NCBI GenBank assembly: GCA_048882505.1
Contig: JBHLRO010000003.1
Location: 150,001-182,000 of the forward strand
Length of the DNA: 32,000 nucleotides
Source of the DNA: Candidatus Thorarchaeota archaeon
GTDB taxonomy: Archaea > Asgardarchaeota > Heimdallarchaeia > Hodarchaeales > Hodarchaeaceae
Direction of reading: 5' to 3'
Part shown: positions 17,154-25,711 of the stretch, piece after piece
How positions within the stretch are numbered: position 1 is the first letter of the stretch
How the letters are laid out: each line of letters starts with the position of its first letter
The notes under the pieces: model-generated
What the model saw: only the letters and a program-made list of their open reading frames with translations
Told to the model about the DNA's origin: nothing
The model's database searches: none
Made by a program: the position numbers and the translations under genes

Positions 17154-17918
17154 GTGAACATTGTGAACAATATCAAAAATGGAATGGCGATCGAAGTTTC
17201 AAACCTTACCGTAGCATACAGAGATACTCCTGTACTCTGGGATATTAGCTTTTCCATTCCCAAAACCGAATTTCTCGCTATCGTGGGACCTAACGGTGCA
17301 GGGAAGTCTACCCTGATTAAAGCGATTCTTGGACTAATAAAGCCCATTGCAGGCTCCATTAAGGTGTTTGGCAAGGATAGTAGACACTTACCTAAGAAAT
17401 ATCAGCTAATCGGATATGTCCCGCAACGAGGAAGCGTCGATTGGGATTTTCCTACGAATTGTCTTGATGTTGTCATGATGGGGCGTTATGGCCATTTGGG
17501 GTGGTTCAGGAGGCCTGGAAAACACGAAAAAGAAGCTGCACTGGAAGCATTAGAGAAATTTGGACTCAAAGAACTAGCCATGAGACAGATAAGCCAGTTA
17601 TCAGGCGGCCAGCAACAACGCGTCTTTTTAGCTCGTGCATATGTCCAAGATGCCGACATATACTTCCTGGATGAACCATTTGCAGGAGTCGATGCCAAAA
17701 CGGAGAAAGCCTTGGTTACACTGTTGCAAGAATTAACCAAAAAAGGCAAAACCATCATTGCTGTTCAGCACGACCTCCAAACACTAGCTGAGTACTTCTC
17801 ATCTGTTATGCTATTGAATAGAAGAAAAATTGCATTAGGGATCACAACAAAGGTATTGACTCCAGAAAACATCGAACGTACCTATGGCGGTACGATTCCT
17901 GTATTAAAAAACCGATAA
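17154..17918 (+). CDS. troB: Metal ABC transporter ATPase (TroB/MntB type)
   Basis: GPNGAGKST Walker A, YVPQRGSVDWDFP, LSGGQQQR, YFLDEPF, QHD. Confidence 0.95.
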   Translation: MNIVNNIKNGMAIEVSNLTVAYRDTPVLWDISFSIPKTEFLAIVGPNGAGKSTLIKAILGLIKPIAGSIKVFGKDSRHLPKKYQLIGYVPQRGSVDWDFPTNCLDVVMMGRYGHLGWFRRPGKHEKEAALEALEKFGLKELAMRQISQLSGGQQQRVFLARAYVQDADIYFLDEPFAGVDAKTEKALVTLLQELTKKGKTIIAVQHDLQTLAEYFSSVMLLNRRKIALGITTKVLTPENIERTYGGTIPVLKNR

Positions 17919-17948
17919 CAGCTTTGTTAGCGTTAAAGTGATGCTATA

Positions 17949-19085
17949 ATGGACATACTAATAGAAATACTTGCAAATCATACGATAAGAACTGTGGCAA
18001 TCGGCGCAGGAATCATAGGATTCGTATCAGGCAGTTTGGGAGCATTTGCGTTTTTACGTCGGCAAAGCTTGCTTGGTGATGCGATTTCCCACGCAACCTT
18101 ACCTGGTGTTGCCCTTCTCTTTTTGCTCACTCTAAGTAAAGAACCGATAACGCTATTATTCGGGGCGGCACTCGCAGGCATTTTGGGAGTTCTGTTGATT
18201 ACCCTTATTACCCGTTATTCCTCATTACATCGAACTACCGCGCTAGGTATCATCCTTTCGGTCTTTTTCGGATTTGGTATAGTTTTGTTGACCATCATAC
18301 AGGAGATTCCGACCGCGGCTCAGGCAGGGTTATCTACCTTCCTCTTTGGAAATGCAGCAACGCTTCTCCAAAGAGACATTGAGGTCATGGTCATTCTGAG
18401 CATTATTTCGTTACTGCTGCTTGCAATGTTTTGGAATCAGTTTAAATTGGTGGTTTTCGATCCAGATTTCGCGTTATCCCTCGGTTTCCCTGTTGGGAAG
18501 CTGGATATATTCCTTACCTGTCTTTTGGTAATAGCGATAATCATAGGACTCCAAACCGTTGGTGTAATTCTTATGAGTGCGATGGTAGTTGGCCCGGCTG
18601 CCGCCGCGAGACAATGGACAAACCGTTTAGACCGTATGGTGATCTTGTCAGGAGCTATCGGTGCTGGAGCTGGTGTGATAGGTTCAGTTATCAGTGGTTC
18701 AACAACAAAACTTCCAACAGGCCCCGTAATAATCGTAATAGTGACTCTACTGGTGGTCATATCATTTTTCTTTTCGCCAAACCGAGGATTACTTTGGGAA
18801 TGGGCGCGGATAAGAAGGAACCGAGGGAAATTGGAACTATTTAATGCATTAAGTGATTTTCTACATGAATCTTCACCCGAATTTATTGATAAATTTCCCT
18901 CAGAGATTGCGGTCGCGGAAATTAATTCAGATAAGGATGATCCTTTTCCTTTCCTTGAAGCTCTTGAAGGACTTGGATGGATTCATAGGATTTCAGAAGG
19001 ATATTGGGGTTTAACCTATCGTGGTCTCCGAGAAGCAAAACGTATCGAATTAGAGGAAGTCGAAAAATATGTCAGCCCAAACTGA
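17949..19085 (+). CDS. troC: Metal ABC transporter permease (TroC type) with cytoplasmic C-terminal winged-helix-like extension
   Basis: LRRQSLLGDAISHATLPG, GLQTVGVILM, PAAAARQWT, then an ~90-aa soluble tail. Confidence 0.9.
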   Translation: MDILIEILANHTIRTVAIGAGIIGFVSGSLGAFAFLRRQSLLGDAISHATLPGVALLFLLTLSKEPITLLFGAALAGILGVLLITLITRYSSLHRTTALGIILSVFFGFGIVLLTIIQEIPTAAQAGLSTFLFGNAATLLQRDIEVMVILSIISLLLLAMFWNQFKLVVFDPDFALSLGFPVGKLDIFLTCLLVIAIIIGLQTVGVILMSAMVVGPAAAARQWTNRLDRMVILSGAIGAGAGVIGSVISGSTTKLPTGPVIIVIVTLLVVISFFFSPNRGLLWEWARIRRNRGKLELFNALSDFLHESSPEFIDKFPSEIAVAEINSDKDDPFPFLEALEGLGWIHRISEGYWGLTYRGLREAKRIELEEVEKYVSPN

Positions 19086-19986
19086 AATCTTACTGATCTC
19101 AGCTGTCGTGGCTGTTGCTTGTGCTTTGCCTGGAACTTTTTTAGTATTAAGAAAGATGGCGCTAATTAGTGATGCAATAAGCCACTCCATTCTCTTGGGA
19201 ATAGTTATCGCGTTTTTCATTACTCCTGATTTGAATTCGCCTTTGTTAATTATTGGAGCGGCGTTGATGGGAGTTCTAACTGTTACATTGACGGAGATTA
19301 TCGTAAGGACAAGAAGGGTCAAAGAAGATGCAGCTATTGGCCTGGTATTCCCATTTCTATTTTCAATAGGCGTAATATTAATCACACGATTTGCAGGCAA
19401 TGTGCATCTAGACATAGATGCCGTTTTAAGTGGTGAAGTTATTCTAACGCCCTTTGATCGTCTTAAAATAAACGAAATAGACTTAGGGCCGAGGGCATTT
19501 TGGGTGATGCTTGGAATCTTGGTATTAAATCTGTTATTTATTATATCGTTTTATAAGGAACTGAAAATCGTGACTTTTGACCAACAACTTGCAGCTTCAC
19601 TTGGTATTAACGTCGGGTTTATTCATTACGGACTTATGACTATTACAAGTATAACGGCAGTTGGAGCCTTCGATTCCGTCGGCGCAATTCTTGTTGTAGC
19701 GTTGATGATAGTTCCTCCTGCAACAGCGTATCTGTTAACGGAGAAATTGAGTGATATGATCGGGATGAGCGTCTTAGTGGCAATTATATCCTCGACCGCT
19801 GGATTTTTCATTGCCCAATTGTTTAATACCTCAATATCAGGCTCTATGACCACCATATGTGGAATAATTTTCTTCATGGTGTTATTTTTTGCCCCAAGGC
19901 GTGGAATTTTCCAGAAGTATTTTCGGCATGGCCAGTTAGGGGCCAAATCCTCTGTAAGTATTGAAAACCAAAGTACTTTGAATTAA
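19069..19986 (+). CDS. troD: Metal ABC transporter permease (TroD type)
   Basis: LVLRKMALISDAISHSILLG, AFDSVGAILVVALMIVPPATAYLLT; overlaps troC by 17 bp. Confidence 0.92.
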   Translation: MSAQTEILLISAVVAVACALPGTFLVLRKMALISDAISHSILLGIVIAFFITPDLNSPLLIIGAALMGVLTVTLTEIIVRTRRVKEDAAIGLVFPFLFSIGVILITRFAGNVHLDIDAVLSGEVILTPFDRLKINEIDLGPRAFWVMLGILVLNLLFIISFYKELKIVTFDQQLAASLGINVGFIHYGLMTITSITAVGAFDSVGAILVVALMIVPPATAYLLTEKLSDMIGMSVLVAIISSTAGFFIAQLFNTSISGSMTTICGIIFFMVLFFAPRRGIFQKYFRHGQLGAKSSVSIENQSTLN

Positions 19987-20026
19987 ATCAGCGTGTTGGA
20001 TCCAATCTTGTCCAAAAACGGAACTG

Positions 20027-20045
20027 TTTTTTTTCGCATTTTTTT
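20027..20045 (+). terminator. Candidate archaeal oligo-T terminator of the tro operon
   Basis: T8 (20027-20034) and T7 (20039-20045) tracts 40-60 bp after the troD stop. Confidence 0.45.
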
Positions 20046-20218
20046 GTCCTTATTTATCTCTCCTCTACTTTACGCTCTATTTTGAGGGGTAAAGGACATA
20101 CCTGAGAAGTTAAAGGGATAAGAACATTCTGCCAAAGCAGATACCAAGGAAAAACCTATATTACGATTTCCCCTATGATTATGTATAAGAGACCCTACAA
20201 TTCGCCCTATTACACCTG

Positions 20219-21508
20219 ATGATAAGCAAAGATACCTTTGAAAAAGGCGCGTTTCTTGAAGTATCCTTCGATCAAAAGTTTAGTGGTTTGGATGAGGGAT
20301 TCAAGAAATGGTTAGATGTGGCTAAAGATCGGATTTTTTCGCTTGCAGCAGGAAATCGAATCGCTCAGATAGCTCCGAAAATAATGAGAATTGGATATGC
20401 TAAGGTTCTATATGGGGCGAATCAACTGGGGGCTGATGTAGAGGCTTCAAAATCCTTTGTGATATTCGCCCCAGACGGAACCTGCTCGTTTAATGGCGTT
20501 AGAACCAAGCGAGGTTTTGCTTACGGTGCAATCCTAGATATGGAATTCGACGGACTCATAGCAACTAATAATTCCATGCCCAATGGCTGCGGATATAGCC
20601 TTTACGAGCTAATCGACCCTATGCCAGATGATCAGTTATTTGGTCTAATAAATTCGGCGTATACGAGGTTAGGGGAAGACCAGATAAATCAATTAGGCAA
20701 AGGTAACCATTTTTCAGCGATTTATTATGTTAAAGATCCTTTGTCAGGTGAAGATAGCGGACGACGGTTTGTTGCTGTTCATTGTTCCGGTCACGTGGGA
20801 ACAGACACGCTTTATTATCCGGAGAAGTGGCTGAAAGATACTGCGGGCTATCATGAAATCTATACCCCACATGGAAAGGTTATCCTATTGGAAGAGGATG
20901 CAAAGGGCCTTTACCTTAAAAAATTCCAGAACACAGATACGATAAATACATTTAATAGGGACCATACGATGGAGAGCATATTTAAAAATCAACAGGAATG
21001 GCGGACATTAAGCAAAATTACGCATCAAGGATTAATTCAAGAAGGAAAATTACACCTAACTGGCACCCAAATCGCCAAGGGGATTGTACCGATTGCATTT
21101 AATCCTGAGGAAGGATTGATTGGAGTTGAGATAAAACCTAATCTAAATGCAGGATTCGTGGATAAATGGGAATACGGACAGAAAATTAAGGATATGGGGG
21201 TATATAACAAAGTCAAAGCACTCAATTTCGCCCCCCATGGCGGAGGTTATGAATTTCGATTTCCTCTAGAATACTTTAACATTCATTTGGGACCACATGG
21301 AATTAATCAATTTGATCTCCAGTTTAAGGGTAATGGGGTTCAATTACAGTTTAGAAACTTCCGAGAAATCCGAAACTGGATGACCTATCGCCGCAAAACT
21401 CCCTTGATTCATAAAATGGGGGAATCAGATCTCGTCAAGATTATTTATGATATGCCGTGTCTCATCCAAATCTATCCCCACCATAATATACCCGGCGGTC
21501 ATTCTTAG
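20219..21508 (+). CDS. Divergent RtcB-like (RNA 3'-phosphate ligase family) protein
   Basis: Ordered motifs PDG..GFAYG, PNGCG, LGKGNHF, VHCSG, THQG, PHGGG match RtcB PDxH..GFPIG, DxxCG, LGSGNHF, HxGSRG, HN, HGAG. Confidence 0.7.
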   Translation: MISKDTFEKGAFLEVSFDQKFSGLDEGFKKWLDVAKDRIFSLAAGNRIAQIAPKIMRIGYAKVLYGANQLGADVEASKSFVIFAPDGTCSFNGVRTKRGFAYGAILDMEFDGLIATNNSMPNGCGYSLYELIDPMPDDQLFGLINSAYTRLGEDQINQLGKGNHFSAIYYVKDPLSGEDSGRRFVAVHCSGHVGTDTLYYPEKWLKDTAGYHEIYTPHGKVILLEEDAKGLYLKKFQNTDTINTFNRDHTMESIFKNQQEWRTLSKITHQGLIQEGKLHLTGTQIAKGIVPIAFNPEEGLIGVEIKPNLNAGFVDKWEYGQKIKDMGVYNKVKALNFAPHGGGYEFRFPLEYFNIHLGPHGINQFDLQFKGNGVQLQFRNFREIRNWMTYRRKTPLIHKMGESDLVKIIYDMPCLIQIYPHHNIPGGHS

Positions 21509-21513
21509 GTACA

Positions 21514-21657
21514 TCAGTCGATTTTTCCTTTATCCATTCCCATTCTCTTGTATTCTCTCTTTTTGTACCGTAATTTATCAAATACTTGATCAATGGCCTT
21601 TTTTACTTCATAACGCTTGCTTCCCCAGATAAGTTTGGTAAGGTTTATTGACCACAT
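21514..21657 (-). CDS. Possible small basic protein (47 aa; not in ORF track)
   Basis: ATG..TGA ORF MWSINLTKLIWGSKRYEVKKAIDQVFDKLRYKKREYKRMGMDKGKID fills the gap between the RtcB-like gene and AMP phosphorylase without overlap. Confidence 0.3.
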   Translation of the reverse strand: MWSINLTKLIWGSKRYEVKKAIDQVFDKLRYKKREYKRMGMDKGKID

Positions 21658-21689
21658 TTAGACTGATTAAATATAAACGTGATTGAAAT

Positions 21690-22955
21690 TTGTCCCAAGG
21701 TTACAAATTGATCAAAAGAAGAATTTTTCAGCCAGGCTTTTCTTTTACTCAAACAGATATTGATTTAATAATTTCTAGCATCACTTCTGGTGAGCTTTCT
21801 CCGCTAGAGGCCTCGGTATTTATTACAAGTCAAATTTTTCAAACCTGGAGTATTGAAGAGATTGCCTCTCTAACCAAGGCCATTGCATTCTCGGGAGACA
21901 CGGTGGATTGGGATGGAGCTATGACATTCGACAAACACTCGCTGGGAGGGGTTCCAGGTAACAAGGTTACGCTTTTGATTGTACCAATAATTGCAGCTGC
22001 TGGACTAAAAATTCCGAAAACCAGTAGTCGAGCCATAACGAGTCCCAGCGGAACCGCTGATACCGTTGAGGCCTTGGGGGCTTCTGTCAAGTTCACACTA
22101 GATGAAATGAAGAATATCGTTAATGACGTTGGTGGGCTTTTCGCGTGGACTGGGGGATTGGGGATAGTGCCTGCTGATGCCAAAATTATACAAGATGTCC
22201 AATTTCCCTTGGAGATCGATCCTGAACCCATGATGATGGCTTCTATCCTTGCGAAGAAGGTGGCAATGGGAATAAAGTTCCTGGCGTTGGATATCCCGAC
22301 TGGAATCGGAACCAAGGCCAAAGACCTTAATACTGCAAAACGGTTTGCCCATAGATTCGCGGAATTGGGGAGAAACCTGGGTGTACAGATTGAAAGTGGG
22401 ATGACGTACGGTTCATCTCCTGTTGGTCATGCCATAGGCCCCGCTTTGGAGGCGCGAGAGGCGCTGGCGGCATTGAAAGATCCCCAAATGGCCTCTGAGT
22501 CCCTCGTAGGTAAAAGTACCTCTCTTGCAGGAATTCTTTTAGAAATGAGCGGGAAGGTTATAGCAGGAAATGGTCCCGACATGGCGCGTCAAATTCTGTT
22601 CTCGGGTAAGGCATATCAGAAATTCCAAGAGATTTTGGAGGCTCAATCCGCGGATCCCAAAATCACACCAGAGGAAATTGAGGTAGGAAGCGAGATTTAT
22701 GAGTATAAGGCCTCGCAAAATGGATGGGTGGTTGAGATCAACAACGAAGTCATATCTCGTGCTGCCCGAAGTGCGGGAGCTCCCAAGGACAAAAGGGCAG
22801 GAATCCAATTTTACAAGAAAAAGGATAGTGTGAAACGGGGCGATGTGATTTTTTCACTTCATGCATCATCCTCCGAAAACCTATCAGCGGCAGAAGCGGA
22901 ATTGACGAAGAGCCTTCCAGTAACCATTGAGGGAATGCTATTAGCTAGAGAATGA
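21690..22955 (+). CDS. deoA: AMP/NMP phosphorylase (thymidine phosphorylase family), lacking the usual extra N-terminal domain
   Basis: DKHSLGGVPGNK, IPKTSSRAITSPSGTADTVE, ASILAKKVAMG, IGPALEARE, ARSAGAPKDKRAGI. Confidence 0.9.
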   Translation: MSQGYKLIKRRIFQPGFSFTQTDIDLIISSITSGELSPLEASVFITSQIFQTWSIEEIASLTKAIAFSGDTVDWDGAMTFDKHSLGGVPGNKVTLLIVPIIAAAGLKIPKTSSRAITSPSGTADTVEALGASVKFTLDEMKNIVNDVGGLFAWTGGLGIVPADAKIIQDVQFPLEIDPEPMMMASILAKKVAMGIKFLALDIPTGIGTKAKDLNTAKRFAHRFAELGRNLGVQIESGMTYGSSPVGHAIGPALEAREALAALKDPQMASESLVGKSTSLAGILLEMSGKVIAGNGPDMARQILFSGKAYQKFQEILEAQSADPKITPEEIEVGSEIYEYKASQNGWVVEINNEVISRAARSAGAPKDKRAGIQFYKKKDSVKRGDVIFSLHASSSENLSAAEAELTKSLPVTIEGMLLARE

Positions 22956-23075
22956 AATCCTCTTTATGATCGCCGTTGAAGATCAGCAAAAGCCTTTTTA
23001 TATAGGGAGTATAAAACACTGTCCAAGGATCAGCTATTCGATGATGTCCAACCTTTCATTCGGTACTGCCGCGAT

Positions 23076-23387
23076 ATGCAGGATACGATAATTATTGTAG
23101 AAGGAACCCGTGACCGGAAAACACTCCAAAAGCTCGGCATTTTTAATTTGATCCTGGTTAAGGGAGGAAAATCGGTGGACGAAGTAGTGGATCTAATAAA
23201 CGGGGATAAACGTATAATCATACTGACAGATTTTGATAAAGAAGGAAAAAGGTTAAGAAGGGAATTTAAAAGAAGAATTCAACGCCACAAGGGAATCATC
23301 ATTGATTCATTTGCCCGTCATTTTCTTTACAAAATTTGCCGGAAAAGGGGAGTAACAGAAATCGAAAATCTAGATCGCCTTTTTTAG
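23076..23387 (+). CDS. Small TOPRIM-domain protein; start may lie upstream (~23019)
   Basis: IIVEGTRD and IIILTDFDKEG TOPRIM motifs. The frame is open upstream of the ATG. Confidence 0.85.
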   Translation: MQDTIIIVEGTRDRKTLQKLGIFNLILVKGGKSVDEVVDLINGDKRIIILTDFDKEGKRLRREFKRRIQRHKGIIIDSFARHFLYKICRKRGVTEIENLDRLF

Positions 23388-23423
23388 GGAAAATGTCTTC
23401 ATATAATAGGGAAAATGTCTTCA
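23385..23423. repeat. Perfect 17-bp direct repeat with 22-bp period
   Basis: TAGGGAAAATGTCTTCA at 23385-23401 and 23407-23423. Confidence 0.9.
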
Positions 23424-23443
23424 AAGTGAATATGGTGTAGAAG

Positions 23444-24520
23444 ATGGAAGCTATCATGAAAACAAAGCCCGACAAGGGCTTTGAAATCCAGGAAATTCCA
23501 GAACCCGAAATTTCTCGGGGTAACGAGGTCAAGATTAAAACTAATGTAACTTCAATTTGTGGAACTGATCACCACATGTGGGTATACGACACCTGGGCGC
23601 AGAAAAGGCTACCTCCAGCTATTCCGTTTGTTGCTGGACATGAAGTAGGTGGAACTGTAGTAGAAATTGGATCTGATGTTCGAAATATTGAAGTCGGTGA
23701 TATGGTCTCATTGGAATGTCATGATGCCTGTACAACATGTTATCAGTGTCGCAGCGACAGGATGCATATATGTAGAAACACTGCGATCTTTGGTGTTGAT
23801 AAAGATGGGATTTTCGCGGAATATGCTGTCATACCTGAATTAAATGTGTGGAAGAATGATAAGAACCTCGATCCGGCATTGGCAAGCCTACAAGATCCTC
23901 TTGGAAACGCAGTGCATACAATTCTCCCAAAGGGAAATGTAGAGGATGATGGAGTGGGAGGTAAAAATGTGTTGATTACGGGATGTGGGCCAATAGGTCT
24001 AATGGCGATTCCTGTAGTGAAAAAGCTGGGCGCCGCTCAGATATTTGCCACAGCGGGAGGTAACAACATGCTACGCCTAAACATGGCCAAAGAAATGGGT
24101 GCTGATATGGTACTGAATGCCCGGGAAGAAGGAGACAACATTCCAAGCATTATTCGTGATGCTACGGATGGAAATGGGGTAGATGTAATGTTGGAGATGG
24201 CCGGCAATGTCCACGCCCTTAAACACGGTCTCGAAGCCTTGACATATGGAGGACGTGTATCACTTCTTGGATTCTTTTCGGGCCCGATAACATTCGATAT
24301 TAACACTCTCATGATATCCAAAGGTGCCACTGTATACGGAATCGCGGGACGTAGGATGTTTCAAACGTGGCAGGTGATGCGAGGTCTACTAAAGGATAAA
24401 AACCTCCAAGAAAAGCTTGGAAAACTTATAACCCACCGAGTTCCCATGAATGAATGGGAAAAAGGAATGTTGGAGATTCACGAAAAACGCGCCATAAAGG
24501 TTACAATGGATCCTTTTTGA
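23444..24520 (+). CDS. tdh: L-threonine 3-dehydrogenase (Zn-dependent MDR family)
   Basis: SICGTDHH, AGHEVGG, CTTCYQC...HIC structural Zn site, QDPLGNAVHT, GCGPIG, VYGIAGRRMFQTW. Confidence 0.9.
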   Translation: MEAIMKTKPDKGFEIQEIPEPEISRGNEVKIKTNVTSICGTDHHMWVYDTWAQKRLPPAIPFVAGHEVGGTVVEIGSDVRNIEVGDMVSLECHDACTTCYQCRSDRMHICRNTAIFGVDKDGIFAEYAVIPELNVWKNDKNLDPALASLQDPLGNAVHTILPKGNVEDDGVGGKNVLITGCGPIGLMAIPVVKKLGAAQIFATAGGNNMLRLNMAKEMGADMVLNAREEGDNIPSIIRDATDGNGVDVMLEMAGNVHALKHGLEALTYGGRVSLLGFFSGPITFDINTLMISKGATVYGIAGRRMFQTWQVMRGLLKDKNLQEKLGKLITHRVPMNEWEKGMLEIHEKRAIKVTMDPF

Positions 24521-24615
24521 TAAATTCCAATGTAAGACCCTGTTTGGAATAAGCAGAACGGTATGAGATTCGATTTACCACAGTATGGCGCTTCCTAGAT
24601 TCGTCAGTCGCAAGT

Positions 24616-25569
24616 TTAAAGAACTTCAGGAAGGATTTCGTCATTAAACCGAACGAGATATTGTAATTCTTCCTTCATAGGGAACATAAGGATGAAATGT
24701 GATACTCCGAGATTTTTATAAGCGATAAGCTTCTCAATTATCATATCCTTGGTTCCGACAAGAGCGCCCTTAACCCGGTCTTTATATTGTTCGTAGCTTA
24801 AGTTTCGTTTTGAAGCTTCCTCCTTCATTCTGGATTCCATCTCGCCTTTATTTTTAAAGTATCGCACCCATGATCCTATCGAGCGGAGTACATCTCTAGC
24901 AGGACGTCCAAATTCGGAGCAGTACTTTTCCAATTGGCTAAATAGTTCAGTACATTTTTTGGGGCCAAATGACCATGCTACATTGATGCCATCCCCATAT
25001 TTCGCTGTTACTCTTAACATTCGTCTTCCTCCAGTCATTGTTCCAATCCATAGCCTTGGATGCGGTTTTTGAAAGGGCTTGGGTGAACAGATCGCTTCTT
25101 TTAGTGTATAGTAATTTCCAGAAAAGGTAGCTTTGTCTTCTTGCCATAATGCCTTTAAAACCTGAATGGCTTCCTCAAATTGACTAATCCGAACTCTTGC
25201 CGAGGGAAAAGGAATTCCATAGGCAGTGTACTCGATTTCTTTCCATCCGGCCCCATAACCTAATTCCAATCTCCCACCAGAGAAGTGATCTAACGATGTT
25301 ACCATTTTTGCGAGTATTCCAGGTTGTCTATAACTATTACATAGTACCAATGATCCAACACGTAATTTGGAGTATTTGCTCACCAAATAAGTCATAAGCG
25401 TAAAACAATCAAAGGCACACCTTTCCACGGAATCATTATCAAGAAACATATGGTCGGAGACCCAGACGGTATCGAACCGCGTTTCCTCAAGTTGTTCAGC
25501 AATAGAATCCATCTCAGAGATGGTATATCCGAATTGGGGTTCAAGTTGCAAACCAAATGAAAGTTCCAT
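24616..25569 (-). CDS. LLM-class flavin/F420-dependent oxidoreductase
   Basis: VWVSDH, VLCNSYRQPGILAKMVTSLDHFSGGRLELGYGAGW, PKPFQKPHPRLWIG. Confidence 0.92.
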   Translation of the reverse strand: MELSFGLQLEPQFGYTISEMDSIAEQLEETRFDTVWVSDHMFLDNDSVERCAFDCFTLMTYLVSKYSKLRVGSLVLCNSYRQPGILAKMVTSLDHFSGGRLELGYGAGWKEIEYTAYGIPFPSARVRISQFEEAIQVLKALWQEDKATFSGNYYTLKEAICSPKPFQKPHPRLWIGTMTGGRRMLRVTAKYGDGINVAWSFGPKKCTELFSQLEKYCSEFGRPARDVLRSIGSWVRYFKNKGEMESRMKEEASKRNLSYEQYKDRVKGALVGTKDMIIEKLIAYKNLGVSHFILMFPMKEELQYLVRFNDEILPEVL

Positions 25570-25711
25570 AATCTTTAACCTCTTGGCTAGTTAAAAGGAA
25601 AGAGTTTGTAAACTTACTCGAAATCTTTGTCCAGAATAAGTTCCGATAGCGAAAATGCTAGATACCAGGGATCCTGACACCTTTCGGCTCCTTCTTCTGG
25701 GGATTGCTAGA

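Noticed and set aside
17123-19946. Several 60-120 aa antisense ORFs over the tro genes
   Set aside because: Typical shadows of hydrophobic membrane-protein genes with no independent motifs.
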